Source of the DNA: a virus
Taxonomy: Duplodnaviria; Caudoviricetes
Reading direction: 5' to 3' (one strand)
IMG/VR virus record: IMGVR_UViG_3300007754_000007
Coordinates: 1 to 64,000 of that record
DNA length: 64,000 bases
Shown here one piece after another: positions 1 through 8,394 of the stretch. The position numbers and the translations under genes were made by a program. Below the pieces are notes generated by a model that was not told the origin of the DNA, did no database searches, and was given only the letters and a program-made list of their open reading frames with translations. How positions within the stretch are numbered: the first letter of the stretch is position 1; each line of letters opens with the position of its first letter.

Positions 1-48
1 CCTTGCCAGGGGTTCCAGGTATGCTCGGTCCACTCGATTCCGGTTGTA

Positions 49-282
49 TCACCCATCTTCGTTGACCTCCAGACCCGAGGTTACCGGGCCTTCCAAGACC
101 TGGTTGAGTTCTTCCAGGACCTTGTCGAAGTACTCCTTGGGATCCATCCCTGCCTCCGCAGCATCCTTCTTGATCTTCTCCCACATCTCGGGAGTGATCT
201 CCATGGAGGATTCGACCCGGACATTGGCGGGAGTGAATCCCTGCTTCTCGATAGCAACCCAGCTGAGGACAGTACGGGACAT
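49..282 (-). CDS. hypothetical protein
   Basis: 77-aa ORF with natural acidic composition. Confidence 0.55.
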   Translation of the reverse strand: MSRTVLSWVAIEKQGFTPANVRVESSMEITPEMWEKIKKDAAEAGMDPKEYFDKVLEELNQVLEGPVTSGLEVNEDG

Positions 283-305
283 GGTTTCCGCGGTAGGGTG
301 GTGGT

Positions 306-536
306 ATGCTGTGGCGAACAGGTAGATTTACCTCGTACCCTGACGACGGACGCGCTTTCTTGGAAAAGGGTCTGGACGAGCTCTGGAGAGCCTACAGGAC
401 GGACGCAGAGGGCCGGTGCGTAGAAGGGTTCCCCCTCCTGATTGAGAGGGCCTGGGAGGACGTACAGGACGCCCAAAAGTGGGTCGAGTCTAACGTCCCT
501 CCGACGGAGCTTTCAGGACTCGCTCGGCCGCTTTGA
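306..536 (+). CDS. hypothetical protein
   Basis: 76-aa ORF filling the gap, divergent from 49-282. Confidence 0.5.
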   Translation: MLWRTGRFTSYPDDGRAFLEKGLDELWRAYRTDAEGRCVEGFPLLIERAWEDVQDAQKWVESNVPPTELSGLARPL

Positions 537-548
537 GGCACTCGAACA

Positions 549-1070
549 TCAACGCCTTCCCAGGATCCGGAGAGCCTCCCGTGCGTGGTCGTAGGTCAAC
601 CCAACCCGAGTCTCAGTGCGGATGAACCGGCGAGACCCCTTAAAATGCCCCAGCCTGCTGCTGTCGTCCAGGATGACGTAGTTGTCGTGGCCGGGGTGGT
701 CATCCAGCCACTTCTGGATCGCGATCGCCCGACGGTCGTCGGTCTGGATGTCGCCCTTCCACTCGGACCACCCACCGGGGTCCAGGTAGTAGCCGTCCCT
801 CCGGGCCTGGCCTTTAGGGAAGCTGGTGATCTCGATGGCAGGGGCACACACCCCCGTCCTCACCAGGATCTCAGACATCCACTCACGGGTCGCTCCGTAG
901 GTCCATGTAGAGTGGACGACGACCATCGCACCTGATTCCCGAATCAGGTAGTTGAGGACGGCCACCTTCTCCGGGAGGAATGAGGTGTGGTCCATCCGTC
1001 CCGGAGCGCCGAAGTTCATCACCCCGTCGATGTCAAGGAAGATGATCGGTCTCACTTCTTGGATCCCCAT
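549..1070 (-). CDS. HAD-superfamily phosphatase (Swiss-army-knife RNA-repair-like HAD)
   Basis: IIFLDIDGVMN motif I, VVHSTW, NYVILDD motif IV, GLT near C-terminus; start moved to MGIQEV. Confidence 0.8.
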   Translation of the reverse strand: MGIQEVRPIIFLDIDGVMNFGAPGRMDHTSFLPEKVAVLNYLIRESGAMVVVHSTWTYGATREWMSEILVRTGVCAPAIEITSFPKGQARRDGYYLDPGGWSEWKGDIQTDDRRAIAIQKWLDDHPGHDNYVILDDSSRLGHFKGSRRFIRTETRVGLTYDHAREALRILGRR

Positions 1071-1609
1071 CTCTGCTCCCAGTGAGGCCTGCACATCTGC
1101 CCGTATTCCTCCACGGAGGCGCCACAGAAGCATGTCGGCGGAAGGGTAGGGCCGTGGCCGATGGCGATGAGGTGCCGGAGACGGGCGTGCCGCTCGTTGG
1201 CGTAGGACTTGCGGGGGTCCTTCTTCAGGGTCTCGATGATTGAGTCGGCCTCGTTGGTCCCGCGGAGAATGAATCCTGCTCTCTTGAGGACGGCGTCTAT
1301 TTCCGCCTTGAGCTCTTCGACGTCAAGACCTTTTCGGAGTCCTGTCGCGAGCTCAGGGAGTCCTGAGGTGGGGTTGCTGATCTGCCAGCCCGCCCATTCC
1401 TTGCACGGGCTCCAGTGAACCTTGGCCACCACGTTGTGTCCAATCCGAGGCTCGGTTCCGTGGTGGCGCCGAGCGGATTGAAGATTGGTGAGCGGGGACC
1501 ATGGGCCCAGGAGCCGAAGGGGCCGGTAGTCTGGAGCCACAAAGTATTCGGAGAGTTCCTTCCCCTGTATGACCAAAGGCTCTACGGTCTGGTGTGCATC
1601 GTTGTTCAT
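1052..1609 (-). CDS. hypothetical protein, C-terminal Cys/His cluster
   Basis: 185-aa ORF, CFCG...CRPH; GGTAAC motif 7 nt upstream. Confidence 0.6.
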   Translation of the reverse strand: MNNDAHQTVEPLVIQGKELSEYFVAPDYRPLRLLGPWSPLTNLQSARRHHGTEPRIGHNVVAKVHWSPCKEWAGWQISNPTSGLPELATGLRKGLDVEELKAEIDAVLKRAGFILRGTNEADSIIETLKKDPRKSYANERHARLRHLIAIGHGPTLPPTCFCGASVEEYGQMCRPHWEQRWGSKK

Positions 1610-1674
1610 AGACTATGTTACCGGGTTCTTCCCTGTGGGATCCGACGTAACTCTCCCACTACCTCGGAGCATAG

Positions 1675-1917
1675 ATGCCTCCTGCAAGCGTTGTCGATAC
1701 ATGGACCAGACTGATCAACGTGCGTGTCGGATCTCCCATCACAGACGCCACCTCCCAGGAGGTCCTCGAGGCGTTCCAGGAGGTCCGGAGGCACAAGGGC
1801 TCGGACTACATCGAGTTCTTCTTCAAGAAGAACGGCCAGTGGCGGGAGTGCCTGGACTCCTCCGACTTCAACAATCTGGCCAACTGGATCTTCTTCAACC
1901 GCTCTCGGTCCGGGTAA
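1675..1917 (+). CDS. hypothetical protein
   Basis: 80-aa ORF, GGAG RBS, CGTAAC upstream. Confidence 0.65.
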   Translation: MPPASVVDTWTRLINVRVGSPITDATSQEVLEAFQEVRRHKGSDYIEFFFKKNGQWRECLDSSDFNNLANWIFFNRSRSG

Positions 1918-1924
1918 CTCGGGC

Positions 1925-2233
1925 ATGTCCACCCACCGACACCGATTCGTGACAGGTGGGGCCTGTGCTATCCCTCTCTGTAGGGAGCGCTGCCCCCACC
2001 CAGTCTTCTCCCCGGACCCCTATGGGCGGCTCATCTGTACAGACTGCGGGTGTCTGAAGCCGCTCTCCGGATCTCCGGACTTCTACGAGCTTCCGATGGG
2101 GCCGCCCATACCCTGTACCATCAAGAGCTTCAGCTACCAGGGAGTGAGTGCCGAGGGCCAACCTGCTCCCAGTCTTCCAGACTACAGAATCGAAGAGGCT
2201 GTCCGGGGGCTGATAGGTCTCGATACAGAATGA
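1925..2233 (+). CDS. hypothetical Cys-rich protein
   Basis: MSTHRH start 6 nt after GGTAAC; CPH and CTDC motifs. Confidence 0.5.
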   Translation: MSTHRHRFVTGGACAIPLCRERCPHPVFSPDPYGRLICTDCGCLKPLSGSPDFYELPMGPPIPCTIKSFSYQGVSAEGQPAPSLPDYRIEEAVRGLIGLDTE

Positions 2234-2738
2234 ACATCCCCTCGCGTTCGTACACCGCGACGTAGTCGAGAATCCAGCGCTCCTGCCCGTTCTTGCTTCC
2301 CCAATATCCACGGATGGGGAACCCTGCCACTGACTTCACCTCAGGATAGTCGAGGGTCTGTAGGTCGGCGTCCTTGGGGACCAAACACCCCATCGAGAGC
2401 CAGTACATCAGGCTGGACTCGGTATCCAGGACACACTCAGGCTCGTCGGTGTAGCGTTCGTCTCCGAAGCCGAAGTCCGAGTCGGCCATGATGACCTTCT
2501 TGTTCTTGAAGGTGTCCACCCAGGCTTCCAGGCATTCCTCGCAGATGACGATTTCCAAGGTACACAGATCAGCGGGGAAGCGGCTTCCAAATCCTCCGCT
2601 CAGCTGGATGACGTGGAACCCTGGGAGGAAACCAGGGACCTCGGGGACCTCCTCTGCCTTCCCACACTTGTCACACTCCATCTCGCGAATGGAGTGGATC
2701 AGGGAGGCAACTGCGCGGGTTCTCATTTTGGCAGGCAT
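2130..2738 (-). CDS. hypothetical protein with CxxC pairs
   Basis: 202-aa ORF, CDKC...CEEC. Confidence 0.65.
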   Translation of the reverse strand: MPAKMRTRAVASLIHSIREMECDKCGKAEEVPEVPGFLPGFHVIQLSGGFGSRFPADLCTLEIVICEECLEAWVDTFKNKKVIMADSDFGFGDERYTDEPECVLDTESSLMYWLSMGCLVPKDADLQTLDYPEVKSVAGFPIRGYWGSKNGQERWILDYVAVYEREGMFILYRDLSAPGQPLRFCSLEDWEQVGPRHSLPGS

Positions 2739-2782
2739 ATGGTCCTCGAAGGTAACTCCAGTCTGTTACCGGAGGTGATGAC

Positions 2783-3136
2783 ATGGAAGACAAGAAGCTG
2801 GGAAGGCCCTGTGCCGAAGATGTCCTCCGCGTCCTTCGCCTCTACCCGGATACGCTCTGGGAGGTCGCGCAGAAGATCAACCGCAAGCTGGTGACTCCTT
2901 GGAAGAGGCAGGTATCCTGGGCGAGTGATGAGCTGGTGTTCTGGCGAAGGACAACCCCAGACGGCGGCCTGTTCATGGCAACCATCGAGAGGGTTGAGAG
3001 GGACGGGAAGGTTCGATGGAACTGGTCCTGTCAGGACCACACCTCACACAGCCCCACGCTCCAACAGGCCAAGGACCGTTGCGATCGTCTCCTTCAGAAG
3101 AACGGCTTCTACCTGCCAAGTGACGAAGTCGCGTGA
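2783..3136 (+). CDS. hypothetical protein
   Basis: 117-aa ORF, GGAGG RBS. Confidence 0.65.
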   Translation: MEDKKLGRPCAEDVLRVLRLYPDTLWEVAQKINRKLVTPWKRQVSWASDELVFWRRTTPDGGLFMATIERVERDGKVRWNWSCQDHTSHSPTLQQAKDRCDRLLQKNGFYLPSDEVA

Positions 3137-3348
3137 GACTCTACTTGGTCACGATCGAGGAGGTCCCTGGAGGCGTGAGGACACTCCTACAACGCGGGGA
3201 AAACCGTCAATGGTACACCCTACAGGGCCGGGTTGTGCCGACGTATCTACAGGACTACCTGGGGCCTACAAGGACGCGTCGATTGGAGTCTCTCCTGGAT
3301 CAGCACTTCAGGGAACACCACATTCGGTTCCCTCAGATGCTCGGCTGA
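3133..3348 (+). CDS. hypothetical protein
   Basis: GTGA overlap with the upstream ORF. Confidence 0.6.
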   Translation: MRLYLVTIEEVPGGVRTLLQRGENRQWYTLQGRVVPTYLQDYLGPTRTRRLESLLDQHFREHHIRFPQMLG

Positions 3349-3352
3349 CCAG

Positions 3353-3748
3353 CTAATCAAGGAGGTCGGCGAGCCAAGACTCCCGGTTCGCTTCGATGTC
3401 CTCGGCGTTCTTCTCGGTCCTCTGGCGAATGCGCTCGAGGTCGGCGTCGGTGAGTAGCCAGGTCTCTCGGATGGCTCCCTCCCGGACGTTGACGCCATAG
3501 TAGGAAAAGGCCTCCCGGTGGTGGCGCTCTCCCGCGTTCTTGACGATTGTGAAGCCCCCGCGTCGTCTCTTGGGAGCGTCCTCTGGATTCTCCTGCCCTC
3601 GGAGGGCGAGCTTCCATCTCTCCTCCTCCGTGACCAGCCAGTACTCCTCGGTCCCTACATCGGACTGGACCTTGACGAACCAGTACCAGGGATCCGCTCC
3701 GAACTTCCGCTCTGCGTTCCCCACCTTCTTGAGCATCCCGAGGGCCAT
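3353..3748 (-). CDS. hypothetical protein with internal duplication
   Basis: two similar halves (EYWLVTEEE...ENPED and ETWLLTDAD...KNAED); GGAGG RBS. Confidence 0.7.
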   Translation of the reverse strand: MALGMLKKVGNAERKFGADPWYWFVKVQSDVGTEEYWLVTEEERWKLALRGQENPEDAPKRRRGGFTIVKNAGERHHREAFSYYGVNVREGAIRETWLLTDADLERIRQRTEKNAEDIEANRESWLADLLD

Positions 3749-3774
3749 AGACCACCTCCAAGACCTACTCTACC

Positions 3775-4455
3775 TCACACGAGCCCTATCAGGAACGATA
3801 TGAAGGGCGCGTTCAGCCGAGGATCCTCGGGACTGGGTTGTGTCTCGGACCAACCTACCATGGCGCTGTGGTCCAGGAAGTAGAGGCTCTCCAGCTTCGT
3901 GTCGTGGGTATGGACCTCCCCAGTCTTCCCCTGAGGACACGGATTCCCTACGAGCTCCCAGAAGGGGTTCATCAGGTAAGGGAGTCTGAAGTGGCTCTTG
4001 TTGCTACACCCGTCGTCCTTGTACTCCCGGAGCGCCCACTGTAGGTGGGAGTTCAGACCCCACCTCATGGTGTCGAACGCCTCCGGGGTCCAGACCCCCA
4101 TCTCGAGCATCCGGGCTCGTGCCCATAGCCAGGCATCCAACTCCGTCTCCAAGTGAGGCTTCAATCCCATCTGGAAGTTGCCGAAGAAGTGGCCCAGCTC
4201 ATGGAAAGCCACTGCTGCGGTAGGGATGCTGGTGACCCGGGGGATCCACGCTATCCGACAGGGATAGCAAGTCCGGGGTCTTGGGGTGAAGTAGAGACCC
4301 AGATCAATGGCCTCGGCCCACCGGACGATTTCCCTCTCGAGGTGCTCTGCCCACGGATGGGGATCAAGCCAGGTCCCGCTTTCGGAGTTGCGCGGGCGGA
4401 TAGCTCGTACGGAGACCGCGTACTTCCAACATGCGCAGCGCTTCCTTTCTCCCAC
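3775..4455 (-). CDS. putative HExxH metallopeptidase-like protein
   Basis: AFHELGH followed by ELDAW, an ImmA/IrrE-like zincin pattern. Confidence 0.55.
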   Translation of the reverse strand: MGERKRCACWKYAVSVRAIRPRNSESGTWLDPHPWAEHLEREIVRWAEAIDLGLYFTPRPRTCYPCRIAWIPRVTSIPTAAVAFHELGHFFGNFQMGLKPHLETELDAWLWARARMLEMGVWTPEAFDTMRWGLNSHLQWALREYKDDGCSNKSHFRLPYLMNPFWELVGNPCPQGKTGEVHTHDTKLESLYFLDHSAMVGWSETQPSPEDPRLNAPFISFLIGLV

Positions 4456-4456
4456 T

Positions 4457-4879
4457 TCACGTTCGGGAAGCGAGCCGGCGCATCATCTGGTCCTTGGTCT
4501 CGATGCCCATGTGGAAGGCGTCGCACATGGACTCGTAGAACAGGCTCCACCAGGCTCGGATCATGTTGTCCGGGTGAAGATAGCCGACGATCTCTGCACA
4601 GTGGATGAAGTGCATCATCCAGTGGTGGGAATAGGAGTCGTGATCCTTGAGGAACGCGCGGAGGGCTTCATCGCTGGGGATTCCGGTCCAGTCCCCCATG
4701 AACGAGCCGGCGTGCTCCTTGGCGTGGGCGTTGTTCATCACCGTCCACCGGTATGCCTGGACCAGTTCCTTGGCCGGGCAGTACTTGGGAGCGCCGTCGG
4801 GGCCTCGGATTCCAGTGACCAGGGTTCCTTGGATGGCCAGGGGCTGTTCGATGACCCAGTCACGGAGAACGCACGGCAT
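4457..4879 (-). CDS. phage hypothetical protein (His-rich motif)
   Basis: 140-aa ORF containing HHWMMHFIHCAEIVGY. Confidence 0.7.
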   Translation of the reverse strand: MPCVLRDWVIEQPLAIQGTLVTGIRGPDGAPKYCPAKELVQAYRWTVMNNAHAKEHAGSFMGDWTGIPSDEALRAFLKDHDSYSHHWMMHFIHCAEIVGYLHPDNMIRAWWSLFYESMCDAFHMGIETKDQMMRRLASRT

Positions 4880-4903
4880 GAAGACCTCTCTGTTGGAGGT
4901 CTG

Positions 4904-5881
4904 TTACCGGGACAGCAGTCCTTGGATCCTCTGCTCGAGCCTCTCCGGCTTGCAGAGTCCCTGGACCAATCGGCGGGGGAGGAGAGACAATCCCGCCGCT
5001 GCTCCCAAGAGGGCTCCGGCGACTGCGGCGTTGGTATCCGTGTCTCCTCCGGCCATAATCACCCTTGTGAGGACCTCCTCGAACTTCTCGGCAGTGGTTG
5101 CCCCACGCAAGGGATGCTCGTGGAAGCGTCGGAGGGCCCAGAACCCGGCACCCATACACTTCCATGTGTATCCGATGGGCGCGCGTCGGTTCAGCCTGCC
5201 GGGGGTTAGTCCCTCATCCAGATGGAGGTCCTTGAGGCTGGCCAAGGTCCACTGACCACAGTCCCCATGGAACTGGTTCCCAGCCCTGCCCGCGTGGGCA
5301 ATCGCGAATGGGATTGTCTCTCCTCTCACCAGGAGGGCTGTCGCGACGGCAACGGCAACCGAGCCTGCGACGCAACGGGGGTCGAAGTGAGTGACCTTGC
5401 AGGTGTCCCATGCCTTCCTGATGGTCCACTCCGCATCTCCTGGACGGAGGAGGCCAACTGCGGCAGCACGCATGACCCCACCGTTGGGGGCGGAGTTTCT
5501 CCCGGAGTTCTCCCAAGCCTGTTCTGAGACTGCGAAGGGATCCAAGAGGAACACGCTGTCGGAGAGGACGTTCCAGGTGTGAGTGCCCATCCCCCGGCCG
5601 TCCCTTGTGGCCCAATCCAGGAACTTCTGAGCGACCGTCACTGGCTTGGCGTGTCCGTCCTCCAGGTATGCGTCGAGGATCGCGAGAGCCATCTCGGTGT
5701 CGTCGGACCAGTCCCCGGCCTCCCACTTGGTTTCTCCTCGATCCACCTTCCGGTACTCGAGAGGGCAGTTGCCGACACGTTCGCGGATGGCGCTGCGAGG
5801 CATGAACTCCAGCGGGAGTCCGAGGGCGTCTCCGATGGCCTTGCCGTAGAGAGCCCCTCTGAGTCTGTCTTCTTGGGTCAC
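4904..5881 (-). CDS. ADP-ribosylglycohydrolase (DraG/ARH family)
   Basis: GKAIGDALG, WSDDTEM, NGGVMR, THFDP and GGDTDTNAAVAGALLGA motifs; GTG start overlapping the upstream stop. Confidence 0.92.
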   Translation of the reverse strand: MTQEDRLRGALYGKAIGDALGLPLEFMPRSAIRERVGNCPLEYRKVDRGETKWEAGDWSDDTEMALAILDAYLEDGHAKPVTVAQKFLDWATRDGRGMGTHTWNVLSDSVFLLDPFAVSEQAWENSGRNSAPNGGVMRAAAVGLLRPGDAEWTIRKAWDTCKVTHFDPRCVAGSVAVAVATALLVRGETIPFAIAHAGRAGNQFHGDCGQWTLASLKDLHLDEGLTPGRLNRRAPIGYTWKCMGAGFWALRRFHEHPLRGATTAEKFEEVLTRVIMAGGDTDTNAAVAGALLGAAAGLSLLPRRLVQGLCKPERLEQRIQGLLSR

Positions 5882-6866
5882 CGTGTGTTCCTCGACTTCA
5901 GTTCTGCGATCCATTCGTTGCTCCAGGGCTTGTCCCGAGGACCCAACGGGGGGTGGGTGCCGTCCTTGTTGAACTTGGGGAGCACAAATACCCAGCCAGA
6001 ACCGTTGGTCTGATCGAGGCTCCCCCGAGCCATATCGTTGTGGGGTATGCGCCACTCAACAAGGGTTTCTTCGACGAGCTTCTCATCCCAAATCTCAGCC
6101 AGTTTCTCCCGCATGGTCTTGTACCATGCGATGTTCCCATCGATGTCGTCGTAGGGGTCCTGGAGTCCGTTGTCTCGGTTCCATTCCTCTCGAAGGATGG
6201 TCTGCTCCTGGCCAAGGACTTCCCGGAATACGGCTTGGGTGCAGAACTCCTGGAAACTTGCCCCGTTGATGGAGCCGGGGACTTGTCCGTCCTGTTGGGA
6301 AGAAGCGAGTTGGGCGAGCCACATGTCCCGCTGGCGCTGGACATTTTGCGCTACGATCAGAGACTGCGGATCAATTGGGTTGTCCGTGTCCAGCCACATG
6401 TCCTCCGGGAAATCGAACTCTGACCGCTTGTCCGAGACCCCGTTCCAAGGGCAGAGCTCAAGAGGAATGAGCTTGTGGTGAGGCCACCGTTTCCGGACGT
6501 CCTCCACATCCTTCTCCTTGGGTGTGAGACCGGCCATACGGATGCTGATGCCTTGGATGTTCTGGCCGCTCACCAGATAGAAGTCTTGATTCCCCGAGTA
6601 GAACTCCCACGCCTGCCGCTGGGCAGGCGTCATGTCTTCCAGGGATACGCCGTCCCCACTATGGTGTTGGAGTGTCCTGTCCGCGAGGACACAGGCGTAG
6701 AGGGCCTCGTGCTCCGGGGCCCTCTGGGCGAACTCTTCCTCGGGAACTCGGACCCACTCCCCAGCCAACCAACAACCGTTGGAGTTGTTGAACCCCGGCT
6801 GATACAGCTGATACCGGGCTTCTTGTGTCGAGTGATCCGGGAGAATCCGTTCGAGGGAATAGGCAT
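5878..6866 (-). CDS. hypothetical protein (probable 1-nt frameshift near 6856)
   Basis: ATG at 6866 is coupled to the upstream stop (TGATG); one extra C in a CCC run joins it to the 296-aa ORF 5878-6768. Confidence 0.6.
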
Positions 6867-7432
6867 CAGCGCACCAATTTGAACTTGGGCTCTGGGAACA
6901 CCAAGGAAGTGTCCGGGGTCAGAACCGGGGAGGGCCGCTTCCGGAAAGAGAAGGGCTCAAATCCCTCGGGGTCGAACCCGCCGAAGATGGCTGCGACCAT
7001 GTCGATGCGCCAGCCCTGGAAGAACTGGCGTTCGATGTGATGCTCCGTCTCTACTTCCTTGTGGAAGTGGACATCCGAGGCCGTCGGGGGGTTGTAGTAG
7101 ATGACCTGCATGGCCTTGTAGTGGGCCAGCATGTGCTTGTAGAACTGAAGGAGGCGCTCCCGTTCCCAAACCTTGAGGATCTGGGTCGTGTCCTGCTCTC
7201 TCCAGGTGTCTCCCTCCTGCGCCAGGAACGGAGACCGGGAGGGGTCGTCCCAGATCTGGACCAAGGGGAACTCGGTCCTGCCGTCGGGGCCGGGAGGGAT
7301 CTGAAGGAGGTCTCGAAGAACTGGCCCCTGGCCAGTGAACTCGACTGCTTCGGCCTGGGCACATCCCTCAGGGATCTTGACCCGAATCAGGTCCTGGTCC
7401 TGGGGGAGGATCCACCTGTGTATGACGGACAT
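6866..7432 (-). CDS. hypothetical protein
   Basis: 188-aa ORF, GGAGG RBS. Confidence 0.65.
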   Translation of the reverse strand: MSVIHRWILPQDQDLIRVKIPEGCAQAEAVEFTGQGPVLRDLLQIPPGPDGRTEFPLVQIWDDPSRSPFLAQEGDTWREQDTTQILKVWERERLLQFYKHMLAHYKAMQVIYYNPPTASDVHFHKEVETEHHIERQFFQGWRIDMVAAIFGGFDPEGFEPFSFRKRPSPVLTPDTSLVFPEPKFKLVR

Positions 7433-7484
7433 GAGCCTCCTGCGGTAGCGAGACTATGGATTTACCCTGGGAACTGGAGTGAAC

Positions 7485-7694
7485 ATGTCCCTGCGCGATA
7501 TCCTGTCCTCTGAGGGTCTGACCAAGAAAGAGGCACGTATTGATCACGGCCGGGCTCTCCGTCTCATCGGCGAAGCAGACTCCAAGACCCGCGCTGCCCT
7601 CGCGTCCGTGATGTACCAGGGTCCCGCTGCGACGCATCTTCAGGATGCCGCCGAGAGCCTGAAGGAAGCGGCGAGGCAGGTGATGTCTCTGTAG
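7485..7694 (+). CDS. small protein with LRxILxxEG leader (candidate head-packaged protein)
   Basis: begins MSLRDILSSEGL; GGAG RBS. Confidence 0.7.
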   Translation: MSLRDILSSEGLTKKEARIDHGRALRLIGEADSKTRAALASVMYQGPAATHLQDAAESLKEAARQVMSL

Positions 7695-7699
7695 AGAAA

Positions 7700-7775
7700 T
7701 GGACGCTCCGGCGGGATCCGAACCCGCGACCTGCTGAATATGAGTCAGCCGCTCTACCAACTGAGCTACGGAGCG
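7700..7775 (-). tRNA. tRNA-Met/Ile2 (CAT)
   Basis: cloverleaf, GCTGA-CT-CAT-AT-TCAGC, encoded CCA. Confidence 0.85.
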
Positions 7776-7792
7776 ATGTGTGTCGCTTCACC

Positions 7793-8122
7793 TTAGTCCG
7801 TCAACACTACCCGGTGCTGGTCGAAGAACTCCACCTCCTCCCGGACCCTCTTGACGACGGCGTCCACTGAGGTGTCCCAAGGGAAGGAGAACTCCCGAGG
7901 GTCTCCCAGGAAGCCCGAAAGGAGGACCCAGATACGGGGTCCCCGCAGGGGGTTCGAATTGAGTTCCATCCGGATTCGAGTCCGATTGATTCCCGCGAGC
8001 TCTCCGGTAGGGCCTGTGGAATATCCCGTGTAGCCCTTGCGGAGATCCCCTACCAAGCCCAGGACACGGGCTGCGTCCTTGCAGGTACGACGTGCTATCC
8101 TCTTGGGACTCTTCTTGCCCAT
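7793..8122 (-). CDS. hypothetical protein
   Basis: 109-aa ORF, GGAGG RBS. Confidence 0.6.
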   Translation of the reverse strand: MGKKSPKRIARRTCKDAARVLGLVGDLRKGYTGYSTGPTGELAGINRTRIRMELNSNPLRGPRIWVLLSGFLGDPREFSFPWDTSVDAVVKRVREEVEFFDQHRVVLTD

Positions 8123-8307
8123 GGTGGCCTCCGGCTTCCATTACGTCCTACGGGGAGAAAGGGAAGCCGTGGTACAGAAGGAGTCCTCCCCAGATGGCGC
8201 CGGACAACACCAACACGGTTGTCTCCCACACCCTTGGGGAGAGTTCCGTCATCAGGAAGTCGTCGAGGCGACGGAGCCAACGAGGAAGTGGTCTGTTCAT
8301 GGGGAGA

Positions 8308-8381
8308 TGGGCCCGGGGAGATTCGAACTCCCGACCCTCCGCTTATGAGACGGGTGCTCTACACTACTGAGCTACAGGCCC
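8308..8381 (-). tRNA. tRNA-Ile2/Met (CAT)
   Basis: GGGCCTG/CGGGCCC acceptor, CCGT-CT-CAT-AA-GCGG; anticodon arm nearly identical to the Ile(GAT) gene at 17591. Confidence 0.85.
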
Positions 8382-8394
8382 GTGGATTCCCTAC

